This document shows positions 31,124 to 38,248 of a DNA stretch of 64,000 nucleotides, piece by piece. The position numbers and the translations under genes are program-made. Positions within the stretch are counted from its first letter, which is position 1, and every line of letters begins with the position of its first letter. The notes beneath the pieces are model-generated. The model was given only the letters and a program-made list of their open reading frames with translations, ran no database searches and was not told the DNA's origin. The DNA is from an uncultured Candidatus Poseidoniales archaeon (GTDB lineage Archaea; Thermoplasmatota; Poseidoniia; Poseidoniales; Poseidoniaceae): contig CABYOM010000001.1 in assembly GCA_902520595.1 (NCBI GenBank), forward strand, positions 528 through 64,527, in the 5' to 3' direction.

Positions 31124-33421
31124 TTGAACTCAGCAAAAACCGCATGCTGCTCACTTGAGCACCTTTTTGTAATAGATACCCAAGGACATTGTATGACTGC
31201 TCAGCCAACTGGTTCTCTCGACCCGTGGTGCAAAGATGGCAGCGAATGTAAACCCGAATGGGATGCAGAAAAAATGGGCCATGAACATCCTCTGGAATTT
31301 ATGGCGGAGTTACTGCAACAGTGGCCCACTGGTGCGCCAACTGTTGATTTAGAAGACGAAGAGCGTCACCTACGTTTCATCCAGATTGTAGCTGGTTATC
31401 CTGAAATCGGCAGAGGAATGTATCCTCTAGACTGGCCGACACACCCAATGTCTGTGAAGGCGCTTCAACTCTCATTATTTCTCGATAGTTTGGCTGTTCC
31501 TGAAGAATTAATTCAAAATCCTTCAATTAAAGCACATTCCGTTCGAAGTGCAATATTGGCTTTGGATGCTCGAAAATACGAATATGGAAAAAAAGGGAAA
31601 TTGGATAAAACCCAACTCCAGTTATTACATGGAGAATGTTTAAGTCTGCTTTTCAAAGTAATTCGAGTCTATGTGAATTGGGAATCAAGCATTGATGAAA
31701 ATGGGGATAAATCAGCTTCCCATTATGAACATTTATTTCTAAATAACTTACATTCTAGCCAAAAGAAGCGGCGAGAAGGATGGTGGTTCGATTCCAATTC
31801 GGAAAAGAAATTCAAACTAGATCTGGCCAAATCTGAACAAGTGAACAGAGAGCAACATACTCACCAAATTAAACTCGGTTCTATTCAAAAATGGATTCAA
31901 GAATGGTCAACAGAAAATTCAAAAAATTACCCATATGAAGAAAACACTCGTCACAACTTACTTATTGGCGCATCTGTGATGTTAGAGTGCTTATTCGCCA
32001 AAATCAGGCAACATATAATCACAGAATACCGGCCAGGATGCGTCATAATTGATGGAGGTGGTAGAATTGAATTTCTCACGAAGAACGGTGATGTAGAGAG
32101 CGAGATGAAGAAAGTAATTGAAAACTCATTTCTAATTTCAAAGAACCATCATCACCCGTTTCAAGATATTATTGAACGAACTTTGCGCGAATACGGGGAT
32201 GGAAGAATAAACAAACCTCAGTTTCCTTCAATAGAATGGGACACTGATACCAACCCTCCGAGACCTAAACGGTCTGCTTACGAAAGATTCATCGGAGATA
32301 AAAGAGCTATCGAATTCTTTCCCCCAATAAAGTACAACGGTGAAGATCTCTACGAAGAGACGGAAAAAGATCAATTTGGCTGTTCGTTGTGCTCCAATGA
32401 AGATGGCCCCCTCGAATCAATATCTAAATCTGTAAAAAAGGGTCAATTTAAAATTCAAGATGTTTGTTTTCTACATGCTCTTATGTTTCGAATTGGAGAG
32501 GCGCAGCAAAGGCGCGACTCAAGCATTCGGCGAAAAGGAAAGAGCATTCCAAAATCAGTGGGAATTCATTCATGTACATTTCTAGACCTCAATGCCCTCG
32601 GTTCAATGTTTGGCACTCCAATTTCAAATACTCAAAACATTATGGAAAAAATACTCCACTTTCACCATCAATCAAAGAAAGATGGTGTTTCACAAAAGCA
32701 TTTACTGGTGATAGAACAAAAACGTAAAAACAAAATTGGAATGCAAAACAAGGTTCGCCAAATGTTAGAAAATAACAACGTGATCACTCAATCAATACTT
32801 GATGAAGAAAATGATGAGAATTTCAAATTGTATATACTTGAAACTCAAGAGCAATTAAGTACTTTCAAAGCCCGTAAGTCTTTCAGGTTTAACTCAAAAT
32901 GGTGGAGTTCTATATCTCAAATAGTTGATACGGATTCAAAACATTTTGGTGAAATTGGAGCATGGGTTGCTGCAGGAGACGACCTTCTCCTTGTGCGAAG
33001 GGGAGTCATTGGAGAAGAAGATGAAACACTTCAACAACAACTGAATGAACTTGATAAATTATTGAAACTTGAATTTCCGAATTCAGCCATAAAATTCTCA
33101 TTTTGTGCAGGATTAACTAATAGAAAAAGTTCCAATGTTGAAGGTCAAAAATGGGAAAAGATACCCGATATGATTCAACGAGCAAGAAAGAAAGAAAAAC
33201 AAGCGAAAAATTATTGGAAAACGAGAGCTGATAAAAGCGACCGTGATGATTTAATCTCAGAGTATGACTCAATTAGTGGAAGTATTAAACGTAAAAAAGG
33301 CTGGAAATTGATGAGTGAATGGGTTCCAGAAGACGGGCCTGTTTATTCAATTCCTTCAGTGAGAGAAGGAGTACCAAGAGAAGAAGAAAGTATGATTTAT
33401 CATTCAAGCATCTATGATTGA
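31124..33421 (+). CDS. Cas10-like (mCpol/GGDD-type) palm-domain nucleotide cyclase, orphan
   Basis: The motif order matches Cas10: 'RHNLLIGASVMLECL...GCVIIDGGGRIEFL' (palm 1); 'CSLCSNEDG...VCFLHALMFRIGE' (Zn knuckle); 'CTFLDLNALGSMFG' (DxD/N-LG metal motif, D488 at 32585-32587); 'ARKSFRFNSKWW'; 'GAWVAAGDDLLLV' (GGDD equivalent, 32969-32983); 'FSFCAGLT'. The track start is TTG at 31124; the first ATG is at 31193. Confidence 0.55.
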   Translation: MNSAKTACCSLEHLFVIDTQGHCMTAQPTGSLDPWCKDGSECKPEWDAEKMGHEHPLEFMAELLQQWPTGAPTVDLEDEERHLRFIQIVAGYPEIGRGMYPLDWPTHPMSVKALQLSLFLDSLAVPEELIQNPSIKAHSVRSAILALDARKYEYGKKGKLDKTQLQLLHGECLSLLFKVIRVYVNWESSIDENGDKSASHYEHLFLNNLHSSQKKRREGWWFDSNSEKKFKLDLAKSEQVNREQHTHQIKLGSIQKWIQEWSTENSKNYPYEENTRHNLLIGASVMLECLFAKIRQHIITEYRPGCVIIDGGGRIEFLTKNGDVESEMKKVIENSFLISKNHHHPFQDIIERTLREYGDGRINKPQFPSIEWDTDTNPPRPKRSAYERFIGDKRAIEFFPPIKYNGEDLYEETEKDQFGCSLCSNEDGPLESISKSVKKGQFKIQDVCFLHALMFRIGEAQQRRDSSIRRKGKSIPKSVGIHSCTFLDLNALGSMFGTPISNTQNIMEKILHFHHQSKKDGVSQKHLLVIEQKRKNKIGMQNKVRQMLENNNVITQSILDEENDENFKLYILETQEQLSTFKARKSFRFNSKWWSSISQIVDTDSKHFGEIGAWVAAGDDLLLVRRGVIGEEDETLQQQLNELDKLLKLEFPNSAIKFSFCAGLTNRKSSNVEGQKWEKIPDMIQRARKKEKQAKNYWKTRADKSDRDDLISEYDSISGSIKRKKGWKLMSEWVPEDGPVYSIPSVREGVPREEESMIYHSSIYD

Positions 33422-33466
33422 AACAGAATGAACATTGAGAGGCGTTCAAGAACAATTGTGCTTTAA

Positions 33467-35131
33467 TCACGCATCTGCCATGGCCTTCTCATCAGAAAGA
33501 CCTTTGAGTTCGACTGGATTCAACTCGATGATTGGCTGTGTTTTTGGATGGATTTTCAAGGCGAATTTCACGGGTAATTCTTTTTTCAATCGGATCAATC
33601 GCTTGTTTTCAGCAACGAGCTCTTCATTCACTTTTTGCATGTCTTCAACTTTCTGAATGAGTTCATTGACACGTTGTTCGAGCGCTTCACGTGCCGCAGA
33701 TTCCTTCTTCAGTTCTGATCGAAGCAGACGAGTTGTGTCTTCAATTTTGCCACCCAACTTCATTTGCAATGCTGCTCGAGCAGTGGATTCTTCCTTTACT
33801 TTCGTCGAAACCTGACTGATTTCTCTCTCAAGTTGGTCATGTGCACGAGAGAATTTATCCTTGATCGAATCAAAACTCTTACGGATTTGTGGAACCTTCT
33901 TTGACAACATATCATCAAGCTCACGGCTCAACTTATCGATGGTCTGGAACCGTGCTTCGAGAATATCATCCTCGTCTCCAAGTGCCTTGCGATGACTGTA
34001 AAGCAATCCTGGCATAATAAATGGAATTTCTTCCTTTCCTTTTACATTCTGGAAATAGCGCATTCGTGTCAAGAATTTATTGTACCGTGCTTCAAGGTCT
34101 TCACTGAGTTTTACAACCGCATTTGCAGATTGAGCATCTTCATTTCGTGCGGCTTTTTCCGAGATAAAAACCCCGTGTTCTTTTCGGAGCGGGTCAACAA
34201 CAACAGCGACAAAACGGCCGTCTTGACGGTTTGAGCGAAGATGGCCAAAGGTGTTGATATCAATTCCTGACAAGAAAATACCGATGTCTGGGTGAGTGTG
34301 AATCCATCCGATAATCTGAATGTTTGGAGTATGAGGGCCGCCACATCGACTGTTGGCCATATCACAAGCATCCATTGCCATAGCGAGAGCTCCTCCGTCA
34401 AATTCACAATACCCTGGACTTGCTTCAGTTTGTTTTGGAAAGAAACCACAGGTAACGACATTATTTCCATTATGGTCAATATGTCCAATCAACAAGCCAC
34501 CCATCTCAAGACGGCCGCGTGGCTGAGTGAACACTGTCGTTTGGTCAATAATTTCCTGAGGCACCAATGCTGGGTGGTCTTTCACTCGAGCCGTTCGGCG
34601 GCCTCCACCCGGAATACGTTGTGGAACGACAAAGAACGAACGGCCAATCATATCGTTGGCCATAAGATTGGATACAACTTCTTGGTGGTTATCGCGCACT
34701 TCTAAAGGAGAACCATCGCGAGGTCGCAGACCTGCTCTTTCAACGACCTGCATTACCGTCTCGCCAGGTTGTGGATTGATGTTATGTCGTGAACCATCTT
34801 GCATGATGAGGGTCAAATGTGCTTGTTTATTCGGGATTTCGTCAAGATCGATACCTTCGTCCCAATCGTCATCAAATTCAATTCCAGCCCCACCTGCAAC
34901 TTTCGCAACACCGACGTAAATGGTCGAGTCGCGATGCGCGGCAGCATTGTTATTCGAAATGACTGAACCCATCGCGTCATAAATGTCGAACTGTCCTTTC
35001 GGTGCGAGTTTCATATCCTGAACAGCTTGCTTCAGGGTGGCATTCTGAGGTACTTCGACCCGTTGCTTTTGGGTTTGATCAAGGGTGTTGGCTACAGTCA
35101 GGGGTATCATTTGGTTTTGCATGTTTTTCAT
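33467..35131 (-). CDS. Ubl-Ubl-JAB/MPN(JAMM) metalloprotease with C-terminal coiled coil
   Basis: Two beta-grasp-like units end in 'VAKVAGG' and 'VVPQRIPGGG'. The JAMM motif is complete: 'LEMGGLLIG' ... 'IIGWIHTHPDIGIFLSGID' (E, HxH, S, D). The last ~200 aa are heptad-rich. The likely true start is the second ATG (35122). Confidence 0.8.
   Translation of the reverse strand: MKNMQNQMIPLTVANTLDQTQKQRVEVPQNATLKQAVQDMKLAPKGQFDIYDAMGSVISNNNAAAHRDSTIYVGVAKVAGGAGIEFDDDWDEGIDLDEIPNKQAHLTLIMQDGSRHNINPQPGETVMQVVERAGLRPRDGSPLEVRDNHQEVVSNLMANDMIGRSFFVVPQRIPGGGRRTARVKDHPALVPQEIIDQTTVFTQPRGRLEMGGLLIGHIDHNGNNVVTCGFFPKQTEASPGYCEFDGGALAMAMDACDMANSRCGGPHTPNIQIIGWIHTHPDIGIFLSGIDINTFGHLRSNRQDGRFVAVVVDPLRKEHGVFISEKAARNEDAQSANAVVKLSEDLEARYNKFLTRMRYFQNVKGKEEIPFIMPGLLYSHRKALGDEDDILEARFQTIDKLSRELDDMLSKKVPQIRKSFDSIKDKFSRAHDQLEREISQVSTKVKEESTARAALQMKLGGKIEDTTRLLRSELKKESAAREALEQRVNELIQKVEDMQKVNEELVAENKRLIRLKKELPVKFALKIHPKTQPIIELNPVELKGLSDEKAMADA
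34886..35122 (-). repeat. Copy A of a ~237-bp near-identical duplication (Ubl-coding 5' end)
   Basis: Aligns with 35621..35857 at a constant offset of 735. I see only two mismatches (34889 vs 35624, and the atcctg/atactg change giving D to Y). Confidence 0.9.
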
Positions 35132-35194
35132 CTCCGTTTTGGGTTTTCAATTACTAATTTTGTGAAGTGTTTCTTATTCTGTTAAATTTGACAT
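35132..35194 (-). promoter_or_regulatory. Leader cassette 1: palindromic TATA-like motif (35180-35193) + GGAG RBS
   Basis: Minus strand reads TAG-ATGTCAAATTTAACAGAATAAGAAACACTTCACAAAATTAGTAATTGAAAACCCAAAACGGAGATGAAAAACATG. About 85-90% identical to 36310-36369. Confidence 0.5.
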
Positions 35195-35857
35195 CTAGGC
35201 GTTCAATAGATTTTGAATGTGATTGATGTAAGCACCAATCCGGCGAATAGGGTCGTTTCCAATTTGATTCAGATGTGGTAGAATCTGGCCATGACAAATC
35301 CAATGGCTTGGTTTATTGGTTCCTGGAAGCGTATTGCTTGAGCCTACTCCGTAGGAAACACTTGGCGTATTTCCATTAAAGATGGAGACACTGGGTCGTC
35401 GCGTGATTTGGTCGTGGTTGAGCACATATGCGTGAGGTAAGCCAGATGATGCGTTTGGGCAATGAATGGCAATTTGCCAAAAACCGTTACTGGTTTTTCC
35501 TTTGGATGGAAACTGAAGAGAAATCATAGAGGTATGAGTTGCGTTGGTATGAATTCGAACTGGGCGAAGAGATGGATACTCAACTTTGAGTTCTGCCAAC
35601 CGTTCACGCGGGATGCCTGAAGCTCCACCTGCAACTTTCGCAACACCGACGTAAATGGTCGAGTCGCGATGCGCGGCAGCATTGTTATTCGAAATGACTG
35701 AACCCATCGCGTCATAAATGTCGAACTGTCCTTTCGGTGCGAGTTTCATATACTGAACAGCTTGCTTCAGGGTGGCATTCTGAGGTACTTCGACCCGTTG
35801 CTTTTGGGTTTGATCAAGGGTGTTGGCTACAGTCAGGGGTATCATTTGGTTTTGCAT
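35195..35857 (-). CDS. Ubl-E2 (UBC-like) fusion protein
   Basis: The N-terminal 79 aa are identical, bar one residue, to Ubl1 of the JAB protein and end in 'VAKVAGG'. The remainder follows a UBC pattern: 'RERLAELKVEY', 'FWQIAIHCPNASSGLPHAYVL', 'SHWICHGQIL' (candidate catalytic Cys) and 'IGAYINHIQNLL'. Confidence 0.6.
   Translation of the reverse strand: MQNQMIPLTVANTLDQTQKQRVEVPQNATLKQAVQYMKLAPKGQFDIYDAMGSVISNNNAAAHRDSTIYVGVAKVAGGASGIPRERLAELKVEYPSLRPVRIHTNATHTSMISLQFPSKGKTSNGFWQIAIHCPNASSGLPHAYVLNHDQITRRPSVSIFNGNTPSVSYGVGSSNTLPGTNKPSHWICHGQILPHLNQIGNDPIRRIGAYINHIQNLLNA
35621..35857 (-). repeat. Copy B of the ~237-bp near-identical duplication
   Basis: See copy A (34886..35122). Confidence 0.9.
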
Positions 35858-35877
35858 ATTTCCATCTCCATGGGATT

Positions 35878-35988
35878 TCAGTTGTTGTTTTTTCGCGATT
35901 TATGATATCGGAAATTATTCGGATTCTTTTGATTCGATCGATTATCTCTTCTCTGTTTCTTTGTTTTTGCGTTCGCCATCTTTTTCAT
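35878..35988 (-). CDS. Tiny basic protein (33-36 aa), not in the ORF track
   Basis: Hand-translated as (MKK)MANAKTKKQRRDNRSNQKNPNNFRYHKSRKNNN*. It is preceded by the same GGAGATGAAAAAGATG leader and lies 21 nt after the acidic-protein stop. Confidence 0.4.
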   Translation of the reverse strand: MKKMANAKTKKQRRDNRSNQKNPNNFRYHKSRKNNN

Positions 35989-36009
35989 CTCCATTTTTAC
36001 TTCATATCG

Positions 36010-36309
36010 TCAATAATTGTTATCGTAATACTCTTCACGTTCATCGGGGGTGTCACCAGGCATGTCTGCATACTCAGCAGGTTCTTCTTCTGGATCGTAA
36101 GAGTCTTCATCTTCTTCGATATATTCGTCCCCTTCCTCGTAATCATCCTCGTAATCATCATCGTAATCATCATAGTCGTCATTCATGGTGTTCTGAGAAT
36201 CATCATAATCTTCTTTTGAGTCGTATCCGCGAGACTGATAGTAAGCGTCGTTGTTTGGGTTCATCTGGTTCGAGCGGTTATCATCTGAATGTTTTGACAT
36301 GTTTTTCAT
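36010..36309 (-). CDS. Hyper-acidic D/E/Y-rich small protein
   Basis: 99-aa ORF ('DDYDDYDDDYEDDYEEGDEYIEEDEDSYDPEEEP...') with its own leader cassette. Low complexity but on the correct strand with an RBS. Confidence 0.5.
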   Translation of the reverse strand: MKNMSKHSDDNRSNQMNPNNDAYYQSRGYDSKEDYDDSQNTMNDDYDDYDDDYEDDYEEGDEYIEEDEDSYDPEEEPAEYADMPGDTPDEREEYYDNNY

Positions 36310-36369
36310 CTCCGTTGGTTTTCAATATCTTATTTTGTGAAGTATTTCTAATTCTGTTAAATTTGACGT
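36310..36369 (-). promoter_or_regulatory. Leader cassette 2: motif 36355-36368 + GGAG RBS
   Basis: Minus strand reads TAA-ACGTCAAATTTAACAGAATTAGAAATACTTCACAAAATAAGATATTGAAAACCAACGGAGATGAAAAACATG. Confidence 0.5.
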
Positions 36370-36612
36370 TTAGCCATGACGTGGGCAAGACGAATCATTG
36401 CAACAGGCTCCGCAAGAATCGTTGATACAGTCAGCAGCAGCGAGATTACCGCAATCACATGTATCTGAGCACCCGCAATTGCAATTCTTGGAAGAAGAGC
36501 ATGTAGCCCCACCTGGTCCTTCATGGCATTCTTCATTAGCGGCAATACATGTGTCTCCACATGGTTTTCCGATACAGCATACTGGGTGTCCGTTATTTGG
36601 CATATTTTTCAT
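36370..36612 (-). CDS. Cysteine-rich small protein (20 Cys in 80 aa)
   Basis: 'PVCCIGKPCGDTCIAANEECHEG...NCNCGCSDTCDCG...CGACCNDSSCPRHG'. Has its own leader cassette. Metallothionein- or knottin-like composition; no family recognised. Confidence 0.55.
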   Translation of the reverse strand: MKNMPNNGHPVCCIGKPCGDTCIAANEECHEGPGGATCSSSKNCNCGCSDTCDCGNLAAADCINDSCGACCNDSSCPRHG

Positions 36613-36671
36613 CTCCGTTGGTTTTCATAATCTTGGGTTGTTAAGATTCCAGATAGTTGTTAAATTTGATA
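36613..36671 (-). promoter_or_regulatory. Leader cassette 3: motif 36658-36671 + GGAG RBS
   Basis: Minus strand reads ...TTATCAAATTTAACAACTATCTGGAATCTTAACAACCCAAGATTATGAAAACCAACGGAGATGAAAAATATG. The motif lies inside the 3' end of the upstream ORF. Confidence 0.45.
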
Positions 36672-37096
36672 ATCTCGGATAATGGCCGAGGATCGATACT
36701 TTCTCCTGTTTGTGAATCAAACAGTTTGTATGATGCTGATTTTCTATCTCTGTGCGCGAAAATTAGTCGTCCATGTCGATGCTTACCGTTCGCTTTGACG
36801 TGTTTGCTCCAAGAGATATAGAGTGCCTGAACTAAGATTGTTAATCCTGTAATGTATACGATACAATGAGAAAATAATCCAAATGAATTCAATACTCGAT
36901 CGGTAACTCGAATATGTTCTTCAAGATTCATGACTTCCTCGACCGTATTTGGGAATATGCTCTGACTGACAACTTCTGAAGTTAATTCAGAGATAATCTC
37001 GTGCCTGTTATCGGTCAAACTGAGTTCTACAATGTTTTGATAACCGCCTCCACAAGAAGCAATCACATCACTAATAATAAAAGACAATTTAAGCAC
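36641..37096 (-). CDS. Hypothetical protein with one central TM helix
   Basis: 151-aa ORF with a GTG start that overlaps the preceding small basic ORF by 8 nt. TM 'FSHCIVYITGLTILVQALYISW'. Confidence 0.45.
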   Translation of the reverse strand: MLKLSFIISDVIASCGGGYQNIVELSLTDNRHEIISELTSEVVSQSIFPNTVEEVMNLEEHIRVTDRVLNSFGLFSHCIVYITGLTILVQALYISWSKHVKANGKHRHGRLIFAHRDRKSASYKLFDSQTGESIDPRPLSEIIKFNNYLES

Positions 37097-37253
37097 CCAC
37101 CTTTGCAGTATGTTGTTTTACATCTTTCATGGTCAGGAGGTAGCTTTTCTCTTCTCGGAAGACTTTCCAAGAAGATTTATTTTTCTTGAAACGACGCTGC
37201 GTTTTCGGTTTGTTCATTGTACTCGTTTTTGTTTTTCGGTATGTTCGGGACAT
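37089..37253 (-). CDS. Small basic protein (54 aa)
   Basis: 'MSRTYRKTKTSTMNKPKTQRRFKKNKSSWKVF...'. The ATG at 37253 is preceded by GGAAGTGAACAAATG, the same RBS context as the 221-aa gene. Confidence 0.4.
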   Translation of the reverse strand: MSRTYRKTKTSTMNKPKTQRRFKKNKSSWKVFREEKSYLLTMKDVKQHTAKVGA

Positions 37254-37300
37254 TTGTTCACTTCCTTCATACAATGGCCTCAACCAGAAGATGAGTTTTC

Positions 37301-37314
37301 ATTAAAATTGACAA
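37301..37314 (-). promoter_or_regulatory. Palindromic TATA-like motif copy (TGTCAATTTTAAT on coding strand)
   Basis: Sits 47 nt upstream of the ATG at 37253, immediately after the stop of the 221-aa gene. Confidence 0.4.
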
Positions 37315-37318
37315 AAAG

Positions 37319-37984
37319 CTAGAATATCCAAGCCAATAACTCACCAGCATAGGACAATATACCGACGATGACCCAGACAAGGAGTGCTATAATTGCAATA
37401 AAGAACCAAATTATGAACTCAAGAATTTCGTAGATGAATTCGAATATACTGATAATAAATTCGAATACACTACCTATGAAGTTTGCAACTGCCACTAGAA
37501 AATCAACGAACGATACACCAACTTCCCATAGGAATTCTAAGAATGCCCAAATTTCTTCAAATATCGGCAGAAGGGCGTTGAAAGCAAAGTAAGCACCACC
37601 CAGGATTAAGCCCATTACGGTGACAAAAACGATCGCTTCGAAAATTTCTGGTATTGACGAAAGAATGTTACCAAACAGGGAATTTTTTTCTGCCTGAACA
37701 GGATTTTGAGGCCGTTCAAATCTTTGATTATTTTGACCTAATTCAATTCTCCGATTCTTTTTCCCATGCTTTTTACAATAACGTGAACTGCAACATAATC
37801 TGCATGAATTGGTAATGCAAGTGCGGCTACCGGTGTTCCCACATTTACATCGAGGCTGCGGGTTGGCAACTCTTGGTTTGATCATTTTCGGATTTATATC
37901 CAAGAGAATTTTTGCAGGGAAGGGATTGATTGATCCCGCATCGGGATTTTCAAAAAGGTCTGCAAGGTCAATCCCTTCTTCCAT
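37319..37984 (-). CDS. Cys-rich N-domain + multi-TM membrane protein (candidate effector)
   Basis: N-terminal 'CKCGNTGSRTCITNSCRLCCSSRYCKKH'. The C-terminal ~110 aa are very hydrophobic with reiterated 'FEFI' ('SVFEFIISIFEFIYEILEFIIWFFIAII'). Confidence 0.55.
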   Translation of the reverse strand: MEEGIDLADLFENPDAGSINPFPAKILLDINPKMIKPRVANPQPRCKCGNTGSRTCITNSCRLCCSSRYCKKHGKKNRRIELGQNNQRFERPQNPVQAEKNSLFGNILSSIPEIFEAIVFVTVMGLILGGAYFAFNALLPIFEEIWAFLEFLWEVGVSFVDFLVAVANFIGSVFEFIISIFEFIYEILEFIIWFFIAIIALLVWVIVGILSYAGELLAWIF

Positions 37985-38039
37985 ATGTTCACTTCCAATT
38001 TGTTGTTACTTTCTCATTCGATAACGAAGAGAAAAAGAA

Positions 38040-38052
38040 ATTAAATTTGATA
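38040..38052 (-). promoter_or_regulatory. Palindromic TATA-like motif copy (TATCAAATTTAAT)
   Basis: Sits 55 nt upstream of the ATG at 37984. An RBS-like GGAAGTGAACATATG follows. Confidence 0.4.
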
Positions 38053-38059
38053 ATGAATC

Positions 38060-38248
38060 TCACGCCGAGGAATGAGTGACGGAAAGGAGAACATGTCCAC
38101 ACTCACAACGAGGAAGTTCAATTCCTGTGAACACCATACGTTCTCTGTAAGCGCTGATATCAACGGGAATCTTTTGACCACAACGGCAAACCAGGATAGA
38201 AACCCACTTTCCTTGAGATTCGACTTCATCATCAATCCAAAGTCTCAT
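38060..38248 (-). CDS. Small Zn-ribbon protein (CxC...CxC), translationally coupled to E1-A
   Basis: 'MRLWIDDEVESQGKWVSILVCRCGQKIPV...LPRCECGHVL'. Its ATG (38248-38246) overlaps the E1-A TGA (38247-38245) as ATGA. Confidence 0.55.
   Translation of the reverse strand: MRLWIDDEVESQGKWVSILVCRCGQKIPVDISAYRERMVFTGIELPRCECGHVLLSVTHSSA

Noticed and set aside
31124-31500. HD nuclease domain at the N-terminus of the Cas10-like protein
   Set aside because: Only an isolated 'GHEHP' string is present. I cannot see the spaced H...HD...D pattern, so no HD domain is claimed.
35120-35131. Shared 'MKNM' N-terminus of four cluster proteins (JAB, acidic, Cys-rich, E2) as a conserved peptide or signal
   Set aside because: The first ATG (or GTG) abuts the GGAG/GAAGTGA RBS with no spacer, while the second ATG sits 9 nt downstream, which is normal spacing. 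The Ubl-E2 gene has the same leader but starts directly at the equivalent second ATG. 'MKN' is therefore most likely leader RNA, an artefact of longest-ORF calling.
35737-36425. Two + strand ORFs (160 aa and 201 aa) with very hydrophobic or His/Arg-rich sequence
   Set aside because: They run antisense to the Ubl-E2, basic, acidic and Cys-rich minus-strand genes. Their 'IIIVIIIV' and 'HHRNHH' runs are simply the complement of GAT/GAC/TAC-rich acidic codons. No RBS or promoter motif precedes them.
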